The notes beneath the pieces were generated by a model that made no database searches, was not told the DNA's origin, and was given only the letters and a program-made list of their open reading frames with translations. From contig NC_083227.1 of assembly GCF_032191835.1 (NCBI RefSeq), forward strand, positions 167,214,001-167,278,000: a stretch of 64,000 bases of DNA, in the 5' to 3' direction. Source of the DNA: Heteronotia binoei. Lineage: Eukaryota. Shown here in pieces: positions 36,552-49,755 of the stretch (position 1 is its first letter; every line of letters starts with the position of its first letter). The translations under genes and the position numbers were made by a program.

Positions 36552-37160
36552 TGTTATGTATGTGGACTCAAGAGAAGACTTTGGATACTCCCGCCGAGCT
36601 CATTGGAGCCAGGCCGACTGAACTTGGGAACAAAGGGCTGCAGGATCTAAATCCCTGCGGCCCTAGACCAATCACAAGCCTCCACTGGTTTGAATGACCC
36701 AATGATGTGCTAGCGCGGGAATCCAGAGATGTATATAAGTTGGGTCGGTAGACCCCATCCTCAGTCTTGTATTGTAAACCTGCACTATGCGATTTCTATT
36801 AAAGAGCTTGTTATCACTCACTCCGAGACTCTGCCATGCTTAGAATCCACTATATTACAGTGGCGACGAAGGTGGGATCTGGATGAGTGAGGTCCAGGGC
36901 AACCAAAGCGCACTGAGCTCCAGCGCTGCTGCGCAACAGGCACCGCTGCTCAGCCCAATCATGGCCGCCGCGTCCGGATCGCAAAACTGCATTCCGGAGT
37001 TCGACATGGCACAGCCGAGGCCTGGGAAGCCTGGGTCAAAAGACTCAAGTACCACCTCGTGGCACAGCGAATCAAGGAGGATGAACACGAAATCAAGAAG
37101 GCCGTCCTGCTGAGCAACTGCGGGATAGCCACGCTACAGCTAGCGGAGGGCCTGGTCGCA
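36552..37160 (+). mobile_element. Truncated Ty3/gypsy LTR retrotransposon: 5' LTR (36552-36859), PBS, gag N-terminus
   Basis: TGTTA...TTACA LTR containing tatataag and attaaa; tggcgacga PBS at 36861; IPEFD...WVKRLKYHLVAQRIKEDEHEIKKAVLLSNCGIATLQLAEGLVAP (frameshifted). Confidence 0.8.
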
Positions 37161-39532
37161 CCAGAGATGCTTAGAACACACTATATTACGCCTATAAAAA
37201 TATGTACATATTTAGATGTGAATGGCAGGGCTTGTGACGGTCGCTAATAGGCCTGCGTGCCTTTCCTGTATATTTTATTCAGAGATAATCAAGTTACCAC
37301 TGCTTTTCAGTACAACACAAAGCATATTCACTCAGAAGTAAGTCCCGTTTAGTTCGATAGGGCTCGCTTTCTAGTAAGCATGATTAGGATTGTTGCCTTT
37401 GTCGTTATGGAGCCTTGACTGTGGGAAGGCTTCTCCTCCCCCACCCCTCTTTGCCCTCTCTATTTTTCCTACCTCTCAAGAGCCCTCTGCCAGCTCCCTG
37501 CATGGCCGTCCCTGCTTCTCCTTCCTCTAAAAAGGAAAAAAAAAAAGATTGTCTTTGTCAAGGAATAGATTGCATTGAATATCCAGGGATTAGGAAGATT
37601 GGGAGCTGGTTTTCAGTGAAACCAAAAGGGAGAAAATTAAAGTCCCATGCCTCTTACAAATATGTTGTTACTTAGTGGAACATGGGGGGAGAGCTGTGGC
37701 CGCTGGGCCAAAGAATCTCATCTAAGTGTACAAACACAGCGCCGTGGTGCTGCCCTCTCTCCGCTCTTCTGCCCTCACTGGTGAGAACACAGGAACTTCA
37801 GCAGGTGCTGGATACAGCCTGGCTCCTGGTAAGGCAGAACATCTGCTTTGGTATCCTGTCTCCAGAGGCAGGCGACGCACAGGAAACCAACCTCTCTGCA
37901 TTTGGTGCGTGAGGCCTTCCTTGCACTGCAGCCCCCATATCCTGGCTTGCTTTTCTTTTCTTTTTTCTTTCCTTCCCTCTCCTTCCTTCCTTTTCTTTCT
38001 TTGCTGTCCTTCAGACTGTGCCTTGTGTGGTTGGGGGGGGGGGGGAGAAGGGAGTTCAGATTCCTGGCAGAGAGTCACACTGTGAGTGGGAGCCATTAGC
38101 TATGCTGCCTTTGTTCTGCTGGAGATGTGCTTGGGGCATTATCAAAGACCCTTCTGTCTATTCATAAGGGGAGTGCCTTGTACAGGTGATGAATGGCGTG
38201 ACGGGGGCCCTAGGTGCAATGCAGAATAGTGTGCGTTTTCTGGGGGTTTCCCACAATGCAATGATTAGGATTGTTGTCTTTGTCATTATGGAACCTTGAC
38301 TGTGGCAAGGCTTCTCCTCCCCCACCCCTCTTTGTCCTCTTTCTATTTTCCCTGTCTCCCAAGCTAAAGAGTAGAAACTCTGTGATTCAGACACATCATA
38401 AATAATAATAGCGTAATGTAGCAAACAGGATTTAAAAAAAAATAATGAAAACATATTGCACTTTATGGAAGATCATAAGATTAGAGGGCTATCTTGTAGC
38501 CATACTGCAGTTTTGACTCTTGAATGTTCCTACTCCCAGAATCTTGCTGCTCTCTATGGGTGTGTTCATACACTCTGGTCCAACTCTGGAAATCTCTGGG
38601 GACTTTGGAGGCAGAGCCAGGAGACTTTGTGGTTGGAGCCAGGATCAACTCCGAAGGCAGTTCTGACCATCACATTTAAATAACGGAGGATGGGGGCACC
38701 TTCTTTTGAGGCTTATGGAATTGGACCCCCTGGTCCAATCTTTTTGAAAGTTGGGGTTTTGTTTTAGGAGAGGCACAAAATGCTATGCTGAAAGTTTGGT
38801 GCCTCTGCCTCAAAACACAGCCCTTCCAGAGCCCCAGATACCCTTGGATCAGTTATACTCTATGGGAACCAGTCTCCACAGGGTATAACAGAGTGCCCAG
38901 TGGACATTTACCCACCCACCCCCTGCTTTCTGATAACCCTGATGTGGGAGGGAGAGCCTCCAAACCAGGGGATCCCCTGCCCCCAACTGGCAAAGATATA
39001 TAAAGCTACGGTATTCCATTTTTTAAAGCCTCAATGATCTCCCCAAAACCTAGTTTAGGATGGTCTAATGTTTATTTCACAGGCTCAAAATGCCTTCTGA
39101 CTAGCAGAGAGGAGGATTTTCAAAGCGACACAGGGCAATGTGGAGAGCCTTGGCTAGAATGAAATGCCTTGCAGTTTGTTTCATCATCTGGCAGAACAAG
39201 GTTTATGTGCTCAAAAAGCAGAGGAATTCATACACATTCTTCCCTGGTTAGTGGCTTCAATGATAACTCTTGGCTTTTCTATCATAGCATAGGATGCACA
39301 GAAATAGGCAACACCATTTCTTGATTCCACCGATGGAAAAGTGGAAAAGGATTCAGGCTTTCAAATTTCACCAAACTCTGTTGCATACTAATTCAGATCT
39401 AGTGATCTGGGCTCCAAAGGACATGATGGGAAGAACCCACGTGTAGCTTTTCACATATATATTTCTCACTGATGTCATAGCAGATAATAGATCTGCTCTC
39501 CCCTCACCATTAGACTGCAATAAAATATGCAG

Positions 39533-40215
39533 GTTATCGTGGTAGAGAACTCACTGAAAATGTCAAGACGGCGTGCGATTGCAATAAAAAAGGCCAACGC
39601 CATGCTGGGAATTATTAGGAAGGGAATTGAAAACAAATCAGCCAGTATCATAATGCCCCTGTATAAATTGATGGTGCGGTCTCATTTGGAATATTGTGTG
39701 CAGTTCTGGTCGCTGCACCTCAAAAAGGATATTATAGCATTGGAGAAAGTCCAGAGAAGGGCAACTAGAATGATTAAAGGGCTGGAACACTTTCCCTATG
39801 AAGGAAGGTTGAAACGCTTGGGGCTCTTTAGCTTGGAGAAACGTCGACTGCGGGGTGACATGAGAGAGGTTTACAAGATAATACATGGGATGGAGAAAGT
39901 ATAGAAAGAAGTACTTTTCTCCCTTTCTCACAATACAAGAACTCGTGGGCATTCGATGAAATTGCTGAGCAGACAGGTTAAAACGGATAAAAGGAAGTAC
40001 TTCTTCACCCAAAGGGTGAATAACGTGTGGAATTCACTGCCACAGGAGGTGGTGGCGGCCACAAGCATAGCCAGCTTTAAGAGGGGGTTAGATAAAAATA
40101 TGGAACAGAGGTCCATATATATATATAATTTTTTGGGGGGCCACTGTGTGACACAGAGTGTTGGACTGGATGGGCCATTGGCCTGATCTAACATGGCTTC
40201 TCTTATGTTCTTATG
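39533..40215 (+). mobile_element. CR1 LINE, 5'-truncated
   Basis: ORF 39527-39904 matches the CR1 copy at 6441-7139; same tail. Confidence 0.92.
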
Positions 40216-43086
40216 AAATCCTTGCCAAACTTACCTCAGTTTGCTTAGATGTTTTTAGCATTTCCTTTGACCTCAACTCCCATACTGTAAATTGAGCTGG
40301 GTCAGAAGTGCTGAAAGCAACAGCATGCAGTAAGGTGGGTGGGGAAGGACTGGATCCTTCACCTGCACATTTGTTTAAAAGGCTGCGTATGTTCCGTGCC
40401 TTGTCGTCATTTGATCTCAAATTTGGCAGTGTTTCAGACTGTTTTGTTACTTTTTTAAAAGATTGAATGTTTCTTGTTATTTCCTGCTTAAAAACTAAAA
40501 AGCTTCCAAAAGACTTACAGCTCTCTCCCCCCTCCTCCCCGTTTTAGATGTGAAGAGATTACAAATGGATTTTGACTTTCCTAACTGCATGGATTTATAA
40601 CTTTCTTAAAACAGACAACAATCTCATCTCCAAGTATGTAGTGTGTTATGAAAGCTCAAGAGGTTAGAGAACTTCCAGGTGTCTTAAGAGGGAAAATATA
40701 ATTCAGGTCTCTGCCAGATTTAAACTTTTACACAATCTCATGTTTCGCTCAGACAGATAATTCTGTGGGAGGCAGAACTGGGATGTTATTTTATTTTGTA
40801 GTAGGGAAGATGTGTGAGAGACCACCCACAAAGCCCTGCCAACTCTGAAAGCTATCTTGTCCTAGCTTGTTCCAAAGGGAGATTTTTCTTCCCTTTGTAA
40901 ATCCAAAGCAGCTCATGCACAAGAGCAGGTAGGCCTTCTGAGAACTCCTTTGGCTGGAAGGAACAGAAAAGGCCTACAGGCATATGGGTGTAGCATCTTT
41001 AATCATATCTAGTCATTCCCAATTCTGTTCAGCACTCCTACTGTATGCTACAAGAGGGAAACCTTTACATTCAGCAGGATCCCAAAGTGGAATAGCATCT
41101 TGTTCTCTCCCATTTGTACAGAATGCTTGGCTCTCATAGAAAAATAGGTCATAGTACTTTGTAGCATAACCGCTTTGGTGTTTTGCGTATAAGTATCAGA
41201 GCAACCAAGCTATGACCAAGAATGACTTTCCAGCTGACTCACTGAGAGGGGTGGAGTAGGTTTTGTGTGGGAAGAAATAGGGTTTGGCTGAACCTGATGC
41301 CCAGTTGTCAGTTGGTGGGAAATTTAGGTCTTGGTTGTATTACTTCCGCTTGAACAGACCTCTGTACAAAATTTTTAAAATTCTTCACAGGGAAACTAAT
41401 GACAGAGACTGTCACCCTCTGCAATATCTACATTTCTATATGGAGGCTTTTAAAAAATTCCTTTGACCCTCTACCTGCAATGTGAAGTGCCTAGACACTG
41501 CATTACCACTTTGGGGGGAAACTAGGCCAGAGACTCCTGTCCCTGCTAACGTTGACAGTCATTCCAAACCTTGCTGTAGAACAAAAAAGCTTAGGTTGTC
41601 TGCTGTGCCTCCAACCGAAACCTCAAGCCCTTTACACCAGCTAAGAACTTATTTCATAAAATCAGTTAGGGAGGGAACTCCCTAACTTGTGGAGGAGGGA
41701 AAATTACCAGTTTATGGCCTTTAAGTGTCTGCAGCTCAGGTTAAAAGTGAATTCCTGAGCCTTGAATCACAAAAGGGCTCTTTTAGCCCTTGGGGCTCAT
41801 TTACCATCAAATTTAGGTCTCCCCCAGCTGTCTCAGAGAAAATCTACTGCAAAGGTGCTACAAGACAAAATTATTACAGCATATACTTACTTTCCCACTT
41901 TGCCAGATGCATGGGTGGCACTTTTAAAAACAAGTAGTTAAAAGTTACTTCCCCCAAAATCATAAATCCTCAAGTTAACGAATTATTGGAGGGGCTATTG
42001 ATATGAGAAACACTTTATTCCCATTCTTCAATACTGTGCATAATTTCCTAAACAATCAGGAATCAGTTACTTCAGTTCCATTACACGCCTGAGTACATTT
42101 TGAAATGACAAAAATCATGCTGGAACATGTAACTAAAGGTTTGTTCTGTTGGCCAGGAATTCTATCAAGACAGATATCACCCAAATGGAACATATATGTT
42201 CTCTTATGAAGCAATTATATTGAGGGGACCTTCATAACCTGTGAAAATCTGTGGTGCTACCCAGCCCCGATAGGAACCAGCCTTTGACAAAACTGCACTG
42301 TGTCAACAAACCCCCGATAACATTTTCATTTCATGATCTGAGAACTGCAGACAAACACAAGGTAAACCTTTAGATTACCTGAGGCACTGCAGCTGCTAAT
42401 GTTTTGCGAAGCACTCCTATCCAAACTCCTGCCTGCCAGTACTGTCCAGCTGGCTAGTGGCCCATGTTTATGGAAATGCTATTTTAGTTCATCATAAACA
42501 AGTTTACAAGCTCTGTTACTGCAGTTCTATATATAAGCTGCCTGTGCTCTCACACGCCCATCCTGAAGCCACACATTGTTATGCAACTCAATAGTCTGAC
42601 CTAAGCTACCTGGCAGAGATAGATCTGAAAAGTGATGTCCTAAAAGCCAAACAGGAATAACTACCTAGCTTAAGCAAGGCAACACTTGCTCATTCTCCAT
42701 CTACTCTTGCAGAATGTCATTTAATTCTAGCTGCACTAGGAGTCTAGTGTATCAGTCATAGTACTTCTGAGCTGGTTTTAAGAGCACAACATTGAGCTAT
42801 GGGAGATGGGAGTTAAATTCAGATTTGCATCCAGTTCTCTGTCTAGCTATGACACTTGGAATTCTGCTCTCCTGCCACCACCTTGCTCTTCCTTTAAGCC
42901 CCTTTGGTTCTTTATTTCCTTATCCTCTGCACATCAACCGTTCTTAATGTAAGAGGCAAAAATGGAAGGACCCAGTGTTTGAATATTCCCTCCTTTCACA
43001 CCTACCAGGGATGATAACCCTTTATGTACACATTTTTAAATTTAATTACGAATAAAGCACCACAGGATATTAAAAAATTCAGGTCT

Positions 43087-43092
43087 TTTATT
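43087..43092 (-). terminator. Candidate IER2 polyadenylation signal AATAAA
   Basis: Plus-strand tttatt, followed on the minus strand by a GU-rich tract (cctgtggtgcttt); about 1.3 kb after the stop codon. Confidence 0.55.
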
Positions 43093-44412
43093 TTTGTGAC
43101 CAAAATTATTTATACAATGAGGGTGAAAAACAGAACCAAAGAAGCCTTATTGCCCCCCCATTTCAAACAACAGAGGGATAAACACAAGTTACAAAACTTT
43201 GAAGACATACAGGTAACATTACAGAGTACCTTGACAGTCACCAACTTGCCAGTTTTGAAACAAAACAGCATTTAATGAACATTCCCAACTCTTGAGCCAA
43301 GAGTTTGCATTAAACACACAATTGAGAAGCATTTACGCTAAACTTCCATAGGACAACAAGCAGCATTTCACAACAGACCGAGTGGAAGAAACACTGCAAT
43401 GAGCAAAGGGGTAAAACGCGTCTTGGAATTTCACAAAATGACCACTTTTTAACATATGTATTTTAAAAAACGAAACGATGCTGAACCACCACCAGTCTGA
43501 GTCTCTGAGCGCGAAATGTCCAAGGTGGAAATGTCAAGAGGAAAACATTGTTTTATGTAAAAACAGCCCTGCCCACCGCTGTTTAATGTATATCTCAACA
43601 GCTTCAGACATCTGGGAAAGCTGCTAGTAAGTCTTTAACATCCTCCTCCCAATATACACCGGTCACTCAGGGTTCTACCCACACCTTTACACACACACAC
43701 AATGTTGTGGCAGCATAAGCAGGAAATCCCCTGCACTCTTGGACCCAGTGTAATGCAAATGCTAGTCATATGACGGATGTGTCATAACTAGTACGACCGG
43801 TTGGTTCTCTCCCCCCCTCCCCGTTCAGTTTCTGTTCTCATCATATGCACACCAGCAAAGACTAATCTGATTTTGAGATCTTTTTTTTTTTTTTGGCACA
43901 AAGAAACAGGCCACTTCATCATCAATTACTAGGGAAGGAAAAAAGGGACGGCCCTGAGAAAAAGAACGCTGGGCAGATCTCTCCCCCCCCCCCCGCTGCA
44001 GACCGACAAAAACTGCTTTTCTTTAACTACTCTCAGCAAGTCTTTTCCACCTTCGGGGGGGGCCACCCAGAAGAGGCAACCACTTCTTCAAAAGCCAGGA
44101 ACAGGGCAGGATAAGGACGTGCGCGCGCGCGCACGCACACGCCGTGCAGAGAGTGGTTGTTTCCCGCATGAGTCAACCGCCAGGAATCCCAGCGATTGTC
44201 CGACGGGTTTCGAGTCTCTCCCGTGCCGCCGGAGGCTTCGTTCCCCTCGCGTAGGCGCGGCCGGCCCCTTCCAAGAGCCGTCGCGGGGCCCGCCGGAGGG
44301 TCTCCCGCGTTGGGCGCCCCCGAGGCGGCGTCCAGCTCCCGCTGCGGCAGGCTCCGGCTGCTGCGGAGCGCCAAGTGTCGGGCTGCGAGTGGCGCGCAGG
44401 CGGGGGGCGCTC

Positions 44413-44892
44413 TCAGAAGGCCACGACGGCGCGCACCACGATGCTCAGCACCCCGTCGCCCCGCCTGCAGCTCGCCCGCGCCGCCTCCTCGCCCGAGAAG
44501 CGGCGCTGCAAGACCCGCGCCAAGCCCGGGAAAGGCCCCTCCTGGCGCTGCGGCTGCCGCTCCTCCTCCTCCTCCAGCTTGGCTCTCTTGCTGGGCGCCG
44601 CGCCGGCTTCGGCGGCGCCCAGGCTGCTGCTGCGGCGCTTGCGGCTCGGCTTGGCGGCCGGGCTCCAGCTAGGCTGCGCGTCCATGGGCTCCGGGCTGGC
44701 GGGGGCTCCTTCTCCGGCGTCTCCCTCCTCCCCCTCCAGCTTGGCGGCCAGGTAGAGGTCGCGGGCGTTGCGCATGACGAGCGAGAGCTGCAAGCTGCGG
44801 TGCAGCCGGAGGCCGCCGCGCTGCATGCGCGAGTGGTACATCTTCCACACCGACATGGTCATGATGCGCTGCGCCTCCTTCTGCACCTCCAT
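44413..44892 (-). CDS. IER2: Immediate early response 2, intronless, 159 aa
   Basis: N-terminus MEVQKEAQRIMTMSVWKMYHSRMQRGGLRLHRSLQLSLVMRNAR, SRKRRSSSL NLS-like segment, GLARVLQRRFSG and C-terminal VRAVVAF match human IER2; lies in a CpG island. Confidence 0.97.
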   Translation of the reverse strand: MEVQKEAQRIMTMSVWKMYHSRMQRGGLRLHRSLQLSLVMRNARDLYLAAKLEGEEGDAGEGAPASPEPMDAQPSWSPAAKPSRKRRSSSLGAAEAGAAPSKRAKLEEEEERQPQRQEGPFPGLARVLQRRFSGEEAARASCRRGDGVLSIVVRAVVAF

Positions 44893-45014
44893 GGCGCCCT
44901 CGGCGGCGGGGGAACCTTCGGCCTTTCTCCGCCCCTCCCTCGCTGTGCCTCCGCAGCTCCCGCACGCCAGCCCCGTCCGCGCCGAGTGAGCGGAGCCGCG
45001 CCCAGCGCGCTGCC

Positions 45015-45021
45015 TTTTATA
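45015..45021 (-). promoter_or_regulatory. IER2 TATA box (TATAAAA)
   Basis: Minus strand ccggcgcTATAAAAggcagcg, about 125 nt upstream of the ATG in GC-rich context. Confidence 0.8.
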
Positions 45022-45136
45022 GCGCCGGTGATCTCAGCGCGCGGGCCTCCCCCGCCCCCTCCGCGAGCCGCATCCGGCCCTCTGGCTGCGGGGAGGGGAG
45101 GCGGAAATGGCCCGGCGAGGGGGGAAGGGAGGGGAT

Positions 45137-45757
45137 TGAACATATATATGAACATCTGAAGCTGCCTTATACTGAATCAGACCCTGGGTCCATCAAAGTC
45201 AGTATTGTCTTCTCAGACTGGCAGCGGCTCTCCAGGGTCTCAAGCTGAGGTTTTTCACACCTATTTGCCTGGACCCTTTTTTGGAGATGCCAGGGATTGA
45301 ACCTGGGACCTTCTGCTTCCCAAGCAGATGTTCTACCACTGAGCCACTGTCTCTCCCCTGCTCTCCAGGGTCTCAAGCTGAGGTTTTTCACACCTATTTG
45401 CCTGGACCCTTTTTTGGAGATGCCAGGGATTGAACCTGGGACCTTCTGCTTCCCAAGCAGATGTTCTACCACTGAGCCACTGTCTCTCCCCTGCTCTCCA
45501 GGGTCTCAAGCTGAGGTTTTTCACACCTATTTGCCTGGACCCTTTTTTGGAGATGCCAGGGATTGAACCTGGGACCTTCTGCTTCCCAAGCAGATGTTCT
45601 ACCACTGAGCCACTGTCTCTCCCCTGCTCTCCAGGGTCTCAAGCTGAGGTTTTTCACACCTATTTGCCTGGACCCTTTTTTGGAGATGCCGGGGATTGAA
45701 CCTGGGACCTTCTGCTTCCCAAGGAGATGCTCTACCACTGAGCCACCGTCCCTCCCC
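45137..45757 (-). mobile_element. Squam3-like SINE tetramer (133-bp units)
   Basis: ctctccagggtc at 45228, 45361, 45494 and 45627; one tail at 45137-45227. Confidence 0.92.
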
Positions 45758-45838
45758 AATTGGCGCTAGTAGCCCTTCGGCTGGGCGCTGCTCGGGGGGG
45801 GCCGCGCTGCACGGTGGTCCACATAACACGGCGCATTC

Positions 45839-46071
45839 TCATACTACTAAATTTCTTCTTAATTTGGAAAAAAAAGATAGGATACATTGTGAAATAATAT
45901 ACTTGAAACATGGATGGTAAATGCTTAGATATGTATTAACAGAAGACTGTAAGAGTACTCTTTATGTTGTTTTAGTATTTATCTGTGTTATTGTTTATTA
46001 TGTTTAATGTCTATGAATATTTTGTTTAGAAAAATTAATAAAAATTTAAGTGTGAAAAAAAACAAAAAAAA
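45839..46071 (+). mobile_element. Short poly(A)-tailed retro-insertion (L1-like 3' end) with 14-bp TSD
   Basis: aacacggcgcattc at 45825-45838 and 46072-46085; AT-rich body; aataaa followed by an A-tail. Confidence 0.8.
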
Positions 46072-46181
46072 AACACGGCGCATTCCTAGGAATGCAATGC
46101 TAAAAGGAGTGCCAAAGCTGGGGCTGCGGCTGGGGCTTTCTCCTATCGTTTCTTCCAGAGTCAAGCTGCTGTGGTTTGGCC

Positions 46182-46191
46182 GGGATTTCCC
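46182..46191. promoter_or_regulatory. Consensus NF-kB site GGGATTTCCC upstream of IER2
   Basis: Exact GGGRNWYYCC match in a GC-rich promoter remnant; motif match only. Confidence 0.35.
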
Positions 46192-46313
46192 AGGGGGAAG
46201 CACGTTTCTTACGCTCCGGTCCAGTCGAAACAAGTGGGACTGGTTTACGAGCACCTGAAGGGCTAAGAATGAGGCGCGAGGGCTGGAGTCGATTCGCTCG
46301 TGGATGCCCCGTC

Positions 46314-46805
46314 TAGGGTTGCCAATCCCCAGGTGGGGGCAGGGGATCCCCCGGTTTGGAGACCCCCCCCCCTTCAGAGTTCTCAGAAAGGAGGGGAGGG
46401 AAATGTCTGCTGGGAACTCTATTATTCCCTATGGAGATTTATTCCCATAGAAAATCATGGAGAATTGATCCATGGGTATCTGGGCCTCGGGGGGGGGGCT
46501 GTTTTTTGGGGTAGAGGCACCAAATTTTCAGTATAGCATCTAGGGCCTCTTGCCAAAATACCCCCCAGGTTTCATAAAGATTGGACCAGGGGGTCCAATT
46601 CTCTGAGCCTCAGAAGAAGGTGCCCCTATCCGTTATTTCCTATGGAAGGAAGGAATTGAAAAGGTCCCTTTAAATGTGATGGCCAGAACTCCCTTTGGAG
46701 TTCAATTATGCTTGTCACAGCCTTGATCTTGGCTCCACCCCTAATGTCTCCTGGCTCCACCCCCAAAGTCCCCAGATATTTCTTGAATTGGACTTGGCAA
46801 CCCTA
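46314..46805 (+). mobile_element. hAT-type MITE (TAGGGTTGCCAA TIR family)
   Basis: TIRs tagggttgccaa / ttggcaacccta; flanking duplication tgccccgtc (8-9 bp). Confidence 0.85.
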
Positions 46806-49755
46806 TGCCCCGTCCCTTGATGAATACATTCCAGAATACACTCGCTGACTTGGCAATTGATGCATAAACTGACTTTTTGGAAAAACACCTCACAGCAACA
46901 TGCATAGGTTGTATCTGTGCTTGGCCCCTTTACATTACATGAAAGTCATCACTCAATTTTGCAACAACCTGACTGTAATGAGCTATGGGGGCCTGCAGGC
47001 GCCATGCAATAAACACAGGTGCACATTCAGTGTGAAATAAAGTAATTTCAACCTATGCTTGGTGTAACTTGGGAGTATTGCTAAAAATATAACTATTCTG
47101 TATCAATTAGGACAATACAGTTTCTTTGTACCTGCCGCAAAACTTGTAGATCTAGGGTTATTGAAGTAAAAGGCAGGCTTTAGTGCATCCAAAGTTTAGG
47201 GCACATATTCCCTCCATGCTGACCAACCTTAGTTTCACTAAGGTCACCTACTCATTTCCCAACTATTACTGCCCAATTCACCCATGTATATGCACCACAT
47301 GATTATTCTATGCTTGATTACTGCACTTGCTTCAATTAATGCTGAATTTGCGAAAGCTCTGTCTGTGGGATTACATCTGTACTGTGATACACATATGTGA
47401 ACCTTCAAGACAAAATGGATGCTTGTGCCTTATCAGTCCCCATCATACAACTCACTCCTGTCCTTGTTCATTTGGAAGTCTGATTTTTGGGATGAGACAA
47501 AAACCTGTTTTGCGCTTCCCACATTACTTACTTAACGAAAGCGTTTGATGGTTAGAATGTGCATTTGATTTCAGTGTTTCTTTTCTGCCTTAATGTTCAC
47601 AAGATCTATGCTCCAAGCATTATTAGGACTGAAGCCTTGAACATTTTACTTGGAATTAAATCCCACAGATATCAAGGGGTTTCAAGAGACTGCAAATGAA
47701 GGGCGTCTGCAATAAAAACACCTTTATTTAAGATGATCCTGAATTGAGCCAGGGTGTGGACTAGACGGCTTGCATGGCCCCTTCCAGCTTTTATGATTTG
47801 TGTCAGTCAATCAAGCTAGGGAAATAATGCAGTCGTTCCCTTGTTTTGCTTCATTGGAGTCCCTCTCTTTGGATTTACTATTGGGGGAGGACGGATATAT
47901 CTGGGACAAGGATGAATGCATTTGTTTTGAGAGTTATGAGTATCAGGTGATATTGTTTCTTACATCTGGAAACTCACTATGTCATTAAACAGTGCAGTCC
48001 TAAACAGAGTTATTCTACTCTTAAGTACTCTACTTAAGTACTCTACTTAAGACCTTAGACTGGTATACCTCTGCCCAGGATGCTGCTGCAAGACTCATTG
48101 TGGAGAACTAATCTGGTGTATTTATGCAGATAAATTATTAAAACAAATTATAAATATCCTGTACATGTATGGCACCGAATGTCATTTAAAATTGTTTTTA
48201 ATACTGCAAAGTAAAATGTAACTTTCACCTACTAATTGGACTGAATCCAAAAGTAAATGTATATTCTGAGGTGGAAAGCTGGTGTTTACAATCCCAATAT
48301 TTCTTCTAAAATGGATGGATCCTACTAGCTCTCAAAATGCAAAAGGCATTTTAATTAGAAGTGATGCTGATTGTTGCATTCTAAGCACAATGATAACAAA
48401 TATCATCTGCAGAAACTGAACAATGCACAAGCTTTTTATGGGTGCTAGTGGTAAAAGTACAACATGAGCAACCTACACTTTTCCTGAAACGATCTCACCC
48501 CCCCCCCCCATGTAAACTAAATTGAGGATGTGAGTGCAGGATCAGCGTAAGGGCAAGCAATGTGTGAAACATTCTTCTTTCTCTTCAAAGATCTGAGACA
48601 TTCGTTTTAATTTCTAGTTGCTCACTTTTAAATCAGGCATACCAATTGTTTCCCAAAGTGTAAGAAAAGGGCAGCTCCACTCCTCCTAGTCTGTGATAGA
48701 ACACTAGAAAGGGGCCCAACTACATGTGGAGTTTCTTCTTGTATCTGGTCTTTTCTGTGGCCTGATACGTTTAATGAAAGATGCTGCCTGTGGTGTACCT
48801 CAATAAACATAACTACACTGTGCAATTTTTTGTACATGTGTAAGAACTAAGTTCCTCCGTTCAAGGAATGACACTTTGCACTCTCATATACAAATGAGAA
48901 ATCACAGTGGCTTAGGGCAGCACTAACTGGGACAGCACCAATAGCCAGCAAATGTGTCTGCCTGGAAATGATGCACTACTGTTGAAATATGCTTTACTAC
49001 TTCTATTGTCCCACCCAAATTCCAAAGACTTCTGGTCATTTGATTCCCCCTCAACCCCTTAGTGGCATCTACAAAGTCAGAATGTAGAGGAGACTTTCTA
49101 TCCTCTCTTCCTTCTACAGTGTGGATATGCAGGCTGCTTCTCTTCCATGGCAATACTGCCATTGAGGCACAAAAGGGAAAAGGAGTCTAGTAGACGGGGC
49201 TGGCAGTTGATTTGCCTGGGACTGCTGCTGCTTGAAAGCTGAGCATTAGAATTTATCTTCCCTCAGTTTTGAGCAAAGCAGCAAGTTTTTAGCCTTTGGG
49301 ATAAGGATGTGAAACAAAGAACTGGCAACCTAGTTTACTGTACTAAAGTGCACTTTTTTTCTGGTTGTTTGATGTAACATGTCATAATTCCTGTTAAACT
49401 GCAACTAGTATTCCTAACTCAGGCCTTGCTTTATATTCAGAAACCAGGGGAAGAAAGTGTTTCTGTTATTGTACTAGCACAGAAAAAGTACAATTAGCAC
49501 TAAAAAAGTACAATTTAGCACTAAAAAAGTACAATTAGTACATCTTATAAAATTAAACTAAACTGCAATGCAACTTCCACCAAAAGGAAACCAAACAGAT
49601 TGTCACTGCAACCCTGGGAACGTTTATGCATGAATGCCAGCAATTTTAATGAAACCTACTCAGAACCCTGACTCAGGCCAGGCCTAAACCAAGTTTGGAA
49701 ACTGACAAGGCCTCATCCTATGCATGCCAACTGGGAATTAAGTCCTATTGTGCTT

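Noticed and set aside
44033-45159. Long overlapping ORFs (346 aa, 158 aa and others) antisense to or overlapping IER2
   Set aside because: Expected stop-codon scarcity in a very GC-rich island; low-complexity Ala/Arg/Pro/Gly content and no recognisable family.
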